The position numbers and the translations under genes are program-made. Below, piece after piece: positions 1 to 11,200 of a stretch of 64,000 nucleotides of DNA. The notes beneath the pieces are model-generated. The model was given only the letters and a program-made list of their open reading frames with translations, did not search any database and was not told where the DNA came from. Position 1 is the first letter of the stretch; every line of letters starts with the position of its first letter. This DNA comes from Podarcis filfolensis. Its lineage: Eukaryota. The stretch lies in NCBI GenBank assembly GCA_964270895.1, contig OZ185447.1, one strand, 5' to 3'.

Positions 1-2102
1 TCCTGAAAGCGCCACAACCAGGATCAGATCTTTCCATTAAATGTAAGATCAGATATATTTTTGCCTTTAAACTCTTTCCTTTTGCTACATCTCCCTTATC
101 GGCATTCACAGTATCATTGATTTTTTAGTTTAAACAGGAATTAGAGCCTGATTTATGGCAACTATGGTCAGAGATAAAGACTTATGCAACCAATTTTGAT
201 TGGTGACATCCAGTGCTATTTTTCTAGGGGGGAAAGGTGCCAGAACCCACCATGAATGCCTCTTTTGTTCTCTTATAATGGCATTGGCATCCGCCTGAGA
301 GGTACCGGAACAGAGTTCCAGCGAGTTCCAGCTGAACTTCCAGACTTTGGTGATAAGAAATGTGACTGAAAATGCACTGCAAAGTGCATAACACTTGCTT
401 CACACAATGTTGTCTAATCCCCCTGCAAACTAATTCAGGGAGGCATATGGTTTTCAGGATTTTTGTCAGAATCCTGAAAACTGTTCCTTGAAAATCTACC
501 TTTATTGAGATTCCGAACTGCAGCCTCAAGGAAGCTCAGAAAATGCTGTGTGTGGTCATTTACATGTCAAGTAAGCATTTCCAGACATCTTCTGATGTTA
601 GTGTCTACCTCAAGAAAGGGGGGGTGTGAAACTATCTCCACTAATGCAAACTATCATAACCTCCAGAACTGTATTATTCAAAATAGTACCTGCTTTCTTA
701 GATACTGAGCAGCTAATGTCTTTTTGTTAGTATTCATACTAAACTTCCCTACTGCTAATCATGTCCCTGTTAGCTCCACTGGTGCCCGTTTTGTAATTGA
801 ACACAGACTGTGTAGTCTGTGCGCCCCACAGGAAAGCTAATGGGCTTTTCATTTTTCTTGTGCCAATGCCGGAGTCCCGCTTTCCTTTGAAAATGAGGCT
901 GATGGGCCATATGTCTCTCCAAACTTTCAGCGTTGGCTTTGCTTCTATGACTTGCCATGGCACACACACCCATTTAAACTGTCAGCATCTGGCTCATATA
1001 TGACTATGGAGGTAGGAGAAAAGGCTCCTCTTCACTACAACATGACAAACAGCAATCTTCCCTTCAATCAACTGGATAGCAAATGCTCTTTAAATAGGAG
1101 GATGAGATTAAGACAGTCAGCTTGCCATCTTCCAGCTCCTACATCTAACATGGCTTTCTTTGCCCCCACATTCATGTCCACTAGTATATGCCCAAGTTAA
1201 CAGGGGTCTTTTTCAAGATGCAAGGACAGGGCACGCTTTATCAACACCCACCCATACAGTCCTCAGTTCCTCCCCTCCAATTGCCAACAAAATGCTACTG
1301 CAGCTTGCATAATAAAGAAACAGCTTGATTTCACAAAACCCCTTTAACAAATAGGGCAAGCGAGAGCACAACTGACTCCACCCCAAAGGCATTAGCCACA
1401 ATGTCCAATTCATAAGATTTCTGGTCATGCACTCTTCTTAAACTGAGCAGGGGACTTGTTCATATTTTCAGCACCATAACTCTACACCTACACAAATTCC
1501 TACATGTTTACAGCAACAAAAAGGCAACAAGTCCCATCCACACTTTGATGTGACAGCAAATGCATGTCTACCAGCTGGAAGCCACAGTATTCTTGGTGCT
1601 TTTGCTTATGTTGTATTCCAATTTGTAGACAGAAACAAAACAGTGGGAGGCTGCTGGGATAATGAGTCACACCGCACATTGGGTCCTTAGTATTAAAGTA
1701 TATCTTGGCAGGCCTGAAAACTAGAGTTCAGAGAAAGGCTACCAAGGTAATGAAAGATAAGACTATGGATCATGCTCTGTTTTTCTAGAAAAAGAAATAT
1801 ATACAGCACCTGGCCCAACAACACAAAATTTGAGCTAGCTCCAGATATCAGTAGGTAAAAAGTTATTTTGAGAAAATTAGAGGTGTGTGCTATGGGATGG
1901 GGTGGTCAGATCAGTCTTTGAAAAGACTTTCCACCTTTGAAACAGGGGTCAAAGCTTAAAGTGCTGCTTGGTGTGAAGTCAATCTAGTTTGACTATTACT
2001 AACAGCATACTGGTAACTTTAATTCAGCAGACATGTTCTCTGTAATAAAAGGAAGAAAACTTTGTCGTTATTTTTCTTACCACTTGTGAATTCCACACTT
2101 AC

Positions 2103-2210
2103 CCTTTCTGCCAAAGATCCAATGTCACCTGAAGCCAATGGATCTGTCACCAAAGATGTCAACATCCCACACAAAGGACTAGGCAAATCAGCCTCCTCGC
2201 CAAACTGCTG
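2103..2210 (-). CDS. KASH5: KASH5 exon (QQFGEEADLPSPLCGMLTSLVTDPLASGDIGSLAER)
   Basis: 108 nt, ttcag/gtaagt; ADLPSPLCG matches human ADLSNPLCG. Confidence 0.8.
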
Positions 2211-5200
2211 CTGAAGACAGCAAGGGACTATCATCATTTTATAGTCCAATAAATCTTAAGTCTTTCTTCAACATACACTTCTGTGACACAGGTACTGCTT
2301 TTCTCCAATACACAAAAGTGTAATATCTTGTTACTGGCAAAATGTTATTTTTCTCCCATTTAGCACAACAACAGCTACTACGAGTGTTGTAATTGTGTGA
2401 GTATCACAGGCGGTACTGGATAGTGGCTGCAACATCACTAGTGCTGAGCAACAACTCCCTTCAAACTAGATAAATGTGTAACCCTGTACAGCAAGCATCT
2501 ACCCAAGACTCTGGGTTTGTCTGAGTTAAGTCTTGAGATCCTTTCCATTTATGGTGAGAGCAATGGTAAGACATTCCAAGAAGCAATACTCATTTGTGGA
2601 GTCTTACTCTCTGTGATTCTTCAATTTCCATCCAGAGTGGCTGTGCAGGGACCTGTGAGCAGGTCTTCACATTTTCTAGGAAATCTCCTGGCAGCCTGCA
2701 TCAAAAAGAATGTTAACAGTTCATTGTGTCAAACAGAACTGCAAACAATTAAAATGGGAGTTTACATGAACCTCCTTGGCCACATAACTGAGGATCAACA
2801 ACTTACCTTGTAATTAACAAAGCAAAATTAACAATAAACATTAACATAAAAATAACAACATAAAAATTAACAACGCTATTAGTACTCTTCTACACTAGAA
2901 TTTCCTCTGGAATTTTCATGCTTTGCTCACTTACAATTTATGTGTCATCTGCATGATGTTATCAAATCATTGTCCTCCTGGGTTCTCCCAATGGTGATTC
3001 TGTCTTTTGTTCAGACTATACTATCACAATCTCCACAGGGGTAGATCACCTTATGAAATATACTCAGAGTTGCAAAGTGATTTCATGCTCTTTATTCAGC
3101 TCATAGTGGTGAGGAGGAATGAATGAATGAAAGTCCCCTCAAAGTATCTGCTTTATATACATTATTTACACAATGGGCTGCACATGATTGGCTAATTCCG
3201 GAATTCTACTGTAAGCCAATCAAGTTGTGGATTCACTTCTATCTGGAGCATGATTGGTTGGTTCCTGCCAACCAATCATACTGCTGCATTGTTCTAGGAC
3301 CAATCAGACTGCTGCATTCTGAATCCTATTGTTCTAGGACCAATCAGACTGCTGCCTTTTGGATCCTATTGTTCTAGGACCAATCAGACTGCTGCGGTTT
3401 GGATCCTATTCAACTCAGTACATAACACCTTAGTACTATTCTTCTGTATTTTTCAAAAGCTGTACAGTGATATGCCAAGTGGGTGTACCTATCATCATGT
3501 ATCTATTCTTTCACACACCTTCACTATTACCCTTTCCGGTCAGTGCTACTTTAATAGCATGCATATTTTTAATTACTCTTTTAATTCACACTAAAACACC
3601 TTTTCAACTATAGTTTAAAAAATATTATTAAAATATTTCTCCAGGACTGCTTGGTGTGTTTTAGTACAATTATTTTTAATGAATCTATAAAAACACATGC
3701 AGCCTTTCTGGTTGGAATCATTTCTTAATCGGTTAATTTGTGCCAAAACAGTTTTTTAGCTTAGCCTTCCTTTTTTTTAAAAAAAAAAAGGTTATTATAA
3801 TCCCACAATAGCACTGAAATAAAAACAAAACAAAACACTTTTTCCATTTACTATTGCAGCAGGAGATATGAGGTTTTATCAGTCAGTTATGAAAGATGGT
3901 AAGCTTGGATGCAACCAAATTTGTTTTTAAAAGACTTTCTGTTTGTATCTGTCAAAGACTGTTTAGGTCTGGATAACATTAGGATAGCGAGGTAGATTAG
4001 ATCACCTTAATATATATTTTTCCAGCTCTGATTTTAAAAATCAAAATGACTCCTTTAGTAGAAGTGCAAACCTCTGTCTCAATAAAGTGCAGAGCAAAAT
4101 TATCCATGTTCGTAACACACCCAGACCTGACCTCAGTGTCTCCCTAGCAAGTCAAAACAAATTATTTTAGATTCTTAGTGCTAGTCACAAAGAACTGGGT
4201 CACAGAACATGATGTGCGTGCGTAAGAGAGAGAGATGGACAGGTCTCGGAGAGGACAAAACTAATTTCTCTTGAGACAGCAAATTAAGCTGCATCTGTTC
4301 CGTTTCTTGAGCACTCCCAAGGTACAACTACCTGGGGCCAAAGAAATCATTCCCTAAACATTCCAGCTCCCTGCTCAGCTGCTTTGTGGACTTGTTAAGT
4401 CTTTAAACAAAAGAAGAAGAACAAGAACAGAATGAGAGCAATAAGGATGATATGAACAACCTCATTTAGTCTTGGACAGATCATGCAACTATGAACTGTC
4501 CCCTCTGAGGAAAAAGCTGTCTGCTTTCACTGTCTGAATATCTGCCTCCAGGGGGCACTCAATTTTAACAGCTTTACCAGAGCTTAATATTACACTACTG
4601 AAAAAGTATTGAAAAATTACTATTAATAATATAAATAACAATTTTATTTATGCATTTAGTTAAAATTTGTATCCTGAACCATCACTAAACCTCAGGGTGA
4701 AGTAACACAATTTAAAACTAGCACTTCCAAATACAAGGGAATTAAACAATACATGATAAAACCCCATATGCTTCAGAAGCTTAATTTTATGCAATTAAAA
4801 TTAAATGAAAAGGTCTTGCTAACAATCCTCAAAAACATAATAGCTTACTTAGTGGTATATTCTTAGAATATGATTCATACAGAATTCAAGCTAATCATAA
4901 ACAGCGAGAATTTTGACAATTGCCAGTTAAAAGAATGAAATAATTAAATCATTTTGAAATTGCTTTGGGGATTTTTATTTATTTTATTTTTTTGGAAAAT
5001 TCAAAAGCATTTCACTGTCCCGAAAGGATAATTCTTAGTTTAACACAATAATGATTTTACAGGCAACTGTAACAAAAATCATACAGCTTTCCCTGGCTAG
5101 ACACCACACCTTCCTTTATACGAGATACATCTGGGCTTGCTGTATCCTAACCACCCCCCAAAACACCTGGCTTATTCTGGCAACACTTACACGTATTGGT

Positions 5201-8200
5201 CCTGATAGGATTGGGACAGGTGTTCTTGAAGTCTGCTAACCTCCAGTTTCAGTTCCTAATGGAGATCACAAAGAGAACCTGATGTGTAAGTATGGTAGCT
5301 ACTATACTAGCACAAAGTAAAGTGGGGAAGTCTGTATGGGTCTACCTTGCAAGGTCTTGTGTACAATTCTATAAACTTTTCAGTGTTTCTTTTTTTAAAT
5401 GTTTATTGAATTTTCAGTTTAACATTTCAAAATAAACAATTTACATAATACCATTTAATCAGTGGCTTCCCTCCTTCCCCTTCCATGGTTCATTTTGTTT
5501 GCCTATTATACCTGCATATTTTACTATAACCATTTTAGTCAGTTCTCCAATCGTACAATACTCGAATATTAGTTAACCTGTTGAATTTATCTTAATGCTG
5601 CCAGCGTTTTCAGCTGTGTGCAATTATTTTCCATATACTCAACAAAAGGTTTCCACTCCTCTTCTTGCTCTCTTCTTCTATATGTTAGACCTGCTAGTTC
5701 CACAAATTCTATCATCTTAAATTGCCAGTCTTCCTTACAAGGGACCGCCCTCACTTTCCATTTTTGGGCTAATAAAACACGAGCTGCTGTTGCAGCATAC
5801 ATAATTTTTTCTGACACCTGGGAACTTCTGCTTGAACTATTCCTAACAAGAATGCCTTTGATCTTTTTGGGAAAGTTGTTTTAAACATTTTTTTCATCTC
5901 ATTGTAAATCATTTCCCAATACTCTTTAACCTTTTTACATGCCCTCCACACATGAAAAAAAGGTTCCCTCCATTTCTTTACATTTCCAGCACAAATCTGA
6001 TTCTACTTTATACATCTTAGCCAACCTACTCAGAGTTAGATACCATCTATGGATCATTTTCATGTGATTCTCTTTCAATGTGCAGTAAATTTCAAATCAT
6101 ATCTTTTTTCCATTCTTTGAGGCAGCTTAAATTATTAACAATCAGGATCGTTGGGAATAATTTTAGGAAGTACAGTGGTACCTTGGTTCCTGAACGGCTT
6201 AGTTGCCGAATAAATCACAAACCCAGAACTGTTCCAGTTTGTGAATGTTTTTCGGAAGCCAAACATCCAACACGGCTTCTGCTTGAGTGCAGGAAGCTCT
6301 TGCAGCCATTGGAAGCTGCGCCTTGGTTTTCAAATGGATTCAGGAGTCTGTTTGACAGATTAAGTTTGAGAACCAAGGTACCACTGTATATTAATTTTGA
6401 TGGCTGAAATTTAACCTAGTAGGGAAAGCGTCATCCTTTACCATATTGCCAACTCTTTTTAAATCTCTTTCCACAGTTTAATATAATTATCTTGAAATAA
6501 GTTGAGATTTCTCACAGTCAGCCAAATCCTCAAATTTCTCGACTGCTCATCCATGTTTTTGACTAACATCTTGGTCTTTTCTGTGTCTATTTTAAAACCC
6601 GCCACTTCTCCAAAACATTTAATTTGCTCTAATGCCTTGGGAACATTTATGTTATGTTGTTTCAATGTTAACTCCACATCATGTGAAACTTTTCAGTTTC
6701 ATTTGTTTAAATATGAAAGAGTTATGTTAGCAGTTTTTGCACTGTATGCATACTGCTCCCCATCCAGTAGTCTATGTGTCCCTTTTCCTAGGGTAGCCTC
6801 TGCTATCTGTCATAGACCGAAGATGAGCCTTTGGGATCTACAACTGTGAACCTGTTATTCATCATTTCCCATTCCTTATCATTATTACCAATTCTGACTT
6901 GGTTTTTCTGTTGTCATAGAATTTGATGGGGGATACTTCTGGTTAATACACAACTAACTCCAAATACAGCTGCCAGTCTGCTGATGGGGGCATCTGGATG
7001 AGAACATGTGATACCACTGTTGTAATATCTGCACTAGCTGTCCATCTACTGTCAAGCTGCGATAAAGATCCTCATATTGTCTTATGAAGCCCTGGACAGC
7101 TTAGGTCCAGAGTACCTTGGGGACCACCTGAACCTTTATATCCCTGCTTGGTGACAGAGATGATCTTCAGGAGCATTGTTGGAACACTGTTGGTTGTTTC
7201 CCAAGTTGGTGAGGATCATTTGACAACAAGAAACCCAAGACTTTAGTGTCATCAGCCCAGTATCGTGTACTCTGACAACAGAGATTTAGCAGGTGCCTTC
7301 TATTTCAACTTTTAAGCTCCTGCTGAAAACTTTTCTAGTCCATCAGGCTTATGCAGGCAATTAAGAAGACATCTTTCCATAGTAGTTGACTATTTTCTGA
7401 TTTTAACGTTTTTACATGTTTTTTATTGTATGGTTTTACATTTTTTAAAAAAATAAATAGCAGTATATAAATATTTTTATAAATAAATAATTGTTCACCC
7501 TAGACTGTAAAATATATATATCACTTTAGATTCCTCCTAGTCCCAGATTACCTGTACTACCAGTCTGTATTCATCCAAGGTGACTGTTAGTTCTTCAGCG
7601 TATTTTGTTTTCTGTAAACACAAAACATAATCAAACATAATAAAAACCAAACAAACAAGAAAGTTACTCAACCTCATCTCAAAGCAAACCATAATCTTAC
7701 AGAAGCTCTGTCACCAAACTAATTTTTCAAAATATGGATGGTTTCTTTTCAGAACCAAGTTATGTCTAGCGATGAGGTTGCAGTGACACCTAGTGATCCC
7801 TGAATACAGAGACAAGCCAAAGCTGGAAAAAATGTTAGAAGAAGGGTACATATAATACTTCAAAGATTATCAAGTCATACAAATAGGACCATAATGTTTA
7901 ATCAATTATAACTTTAAAACTATTGTTTTTACCCATGTGGAACTATAATCAATCAAATAAAAGTTGTGCAACTAATCACAATTAATCAACTAAGATTTGT
8001 TTAATTAGGTGGCAATATAACGTACAAACTAGCAACTTATCATGATGTCATGTACTCATTCAGATAGCTTCTTTCCCAACGGAAATACAGGGGAATTGTC
8101 TTCATGACACAGGTGGATGCTGCAAATGACTCCCTGTTCATACCACTGGAAACTACCACTCAGTCCATGGACTCACCAATGTACAAAATTGTTCAATGGG

Positions 8201-11200
8201 TAACCTGTAATTAAACCCAGTGTGTTCACAGGATAGCAAGAACTCTTTTCTTCCATGCAAAGAGGTGTGCAATTTGAAAATTAACCACATTACGAACAAT
8301 ATGTGGTGCTACTATCACCCACAGTGTCACTGAACCCAGGAAAAGAGATACTCCCAGACGCTCACCTCCATCATAGCACCTTAATTTCAGACTTCCAATT
8401 TGTCATTTTTCCTATGTATACCTCACCTCATTTAGGGCAGCATCTTTGCAGGAGATAAGGTTTTCATATTCAGAGATCTGGGACTGCAAGAAGAAAGCAG
8501 AATACAAATAGCTGCCCTCAAGTTATAGTCACAAATCCATACTACAAAAACAGCAGTCATCTGACAAACTAGTTGAACATGGATATTTTTAAGTACCTTC
8601 ATTTTAGCCTTCTTTGTAAATAGGTCTTTGATTTTACACTTTGAGCTTTCTTTCTCCAGAAGCAGTTTCTTGTTCTAGAAGACAAATGCAACAGACTTTT
8701 AAAATTACTATCTCCCATGTGCTGCATCAGTTTGTTATTACACAGCTTCTGGGGTTGTTGTTTTTAGATTAATAAGGAAGATATCCATTCTGAAAGGATA
8801 TCATGGTGTGTGCATATGTGTGATGATATCCTGGAGGAGGACATGTTGTTTCTTGTATGGAATTTCATTACGCATGCAGTGATTTGTATGTAATGGATGC
8901 TTATTCTCCATTGTGCAGTTAACAGCTGAGATTTCACCTCTACTGTAATGCCACAAGTGCAAACAGCAGTAACCTGCACTGAACCACATGCCTCATTTTC
9001 TTACATTTGTGTTATCCTACAGCTGACATGGCTGGTTTTACTTTTTTAAAGTCCCCATCGCCCCTGCTCACCATCTCCTGCACTTTATCCAATTGAACAG
9101 AAAGGAACTGCTGCTCTTTTACCTAAAGTTTGGAAGGGAACGTTACAGTTTGATTAGCCTGTATGAGGATCCAGAATTCCAATATAACATTTTTCAGCAG
9201 AAGGATAACCTGGTCTGTGAAAGCTTCTTGTGCAGATATATTATCCAAACAGGAATAAACAGTAGTTTCTAAAAAGCCAGCTGTCACAAGTTCATCAAAC
9301 ATGCTTTACAGAATTATCCACGTGCACAACACATTTGCATGTGTATTCAACTACATGAACTCCTTTCTTCTCTGTTTCAGAAGAACTGGCTGAGATAAAA
9401 ACTCTCCAAGCCAAAATCCAAAATGTCATTTGAATAACTCAAACAAATTGAGACAACGGTGTGTAAGCTTTACAAAACAGGAATGTTTACCAGAAACTAA
9501 ACTGAAGCACCTACCAGCTGTCGGGCTTGTGTGTGCAGTTTACTATTTTCTTCTTCCAGACTTTTTGAGAAAACCTTCAGATCTTCTAATTCATTTGCCA
9601 TGACCCTAGCTTGTTCCAAGGCTGGCTGGGTGCTGTAATAAAGAATGGTGGTTGTTTAGTTATAATGATCTGAATTCTACCTCTAAACTTCACAATCATC
9701 AAGCTATGTGAGAAAGACCCAAAAACTGGAGACAAAACAGGGGGTTGAAAAGTAAAAGAAAAGCTTAATCCAAACCCAAATATATGTTGAGTAGGTAGCA
9801 CTGCACTCAGAAGGGAAGGAAATAGGGAATGGCATTGAAGGTAAGGAAATACATGCACATCAGAGGGTACAGTGTCAGATTACAATAACTCCCTTCAGCA
9901 CAACCAATGGCCCCTCAATGTTCCATAGATTCAACGAAGCTCTTGCCCCACTTCCTACAGCCCTGTCTTCATTACTGACTAAATCTTCTACTATTTGCCT
10001 TCTTGTATTAGTCATAATTAATGATACCAAGTCAAGCACTTTCAACATTTACCCTCTCAGCTTCCCCTTCAGGTCACATATCTCCTCAGAAAGTCTTGAG
10101 TTGAGCTCTTCTGCAGCCTCAATAGTCTTTTGCAGCTTGATGTTCTGCACTGCTAGCTGCTTGTTGCCATGTTGCAGATCTTGGATGCTGTTTGTTAGGT
10201 CTACAGCATCTTCCCTTTTGTTAGAAAAAAAGCAGGTGGGAAAATAAGCCAGAATTATATTTTCCCTTTGTTTACATCATGAATAAATTTACATCAAATC
10301 CTGTTTTTCCTTCCTCTGCAGGTGATCAGAGGAAGTTAGATAGCCTTCACCAAGACTGTTCTTTAAAGAGGAAGAGAGAAAATAATCCAAAGTAAGAAAC
10401 GTTTTGCATATCTATTTATATTAGGCCTCACAGAACTCCCAAGGCAGGAAGGACAAAATTATTATATTAGTGAAGCTCAGTGGCGTAGCGTGGGTTGTCA
10501 GCACCCGGGGCAAGGCAAGTAATTTGCGCCCCCTAACCCGTGGATTTGCGCCCCCTAACCCTACAAATCTATGCCTATGAATGATGGTCCCTCTCTCTCT
10601 CTCTTTCTCATATTCCAATTGATTCCCATTTCCGCCGCTCGATCCCCGAAGCTCTCACCCAGCGAAATTCGTGCGTAATTACGCTTCGCCATCCCTAATC
10701 CTGCCGCTTCCACCGGGAAATCATGATGGTGCGTTTCTCCTCTCCAAACTTTCCCCGGCCCTTTGCCGGCCGGCGCAGCCCTTTTGGCTATGAGCTCCCC
10801 TCCTTCTCTGCCCGCTTCCAACCCCACCTCCCCGTCCAGCCTCCCTACCTCCTGAAAAAAGGCGCCGGCGCCGAGCAGGACCCCCCCCCGCGGCCATCGG
10901 AGAGAGGCGGGGCCGAGGGAGGCGAGCCAATGGGCGAGGCGGGGCGGGGTAGGTGGCCACGGGGGCGGGCGCTGCCGCAGTCCTCGGGTGGGAAAGGTAG
11001 GAGCAGGCGGAGGCTGGCCGGCCGCTCTGACAATAGGGGCGGGCCGAGGGCACGACGCGGCTGGGCCCTCTGGACTCGCGCCCCCCCAGATGTTGCGCCC
11101 GGTGCGGCCAGCACCCCTGGCACCCCCCACGCTACGCCACTGGTGAAGCTGGAGATTAATTTCAAAAGCACAACATGTACAGCAACATTCCCTAAACCTG

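Noticed and set aside
224-1650. ORFs that might be further KASH5 exons or a pseudogene
   Set aside because: No match to the KASH5 C-terminus (no TM segment or PPPx end) and stop frequency is near random. The remaining KASH5 exons are probably left of position 1, or too diverged for me to recognise.
3291-3410. Regular 40-bp direct repeats resembling a CRISPR array
   Set aside because: Head-to-tail units without unique spacers, inside a solo LTR of a vertebrate genome.
9381-9433. Plus-strand acceptor followed by ELAEIKTLQAKIQNVI-stop, resembling a terminal exon
   Set aside because: No partner plus-strand exons found; it sits antisense between two well-supported KASH5 exons.
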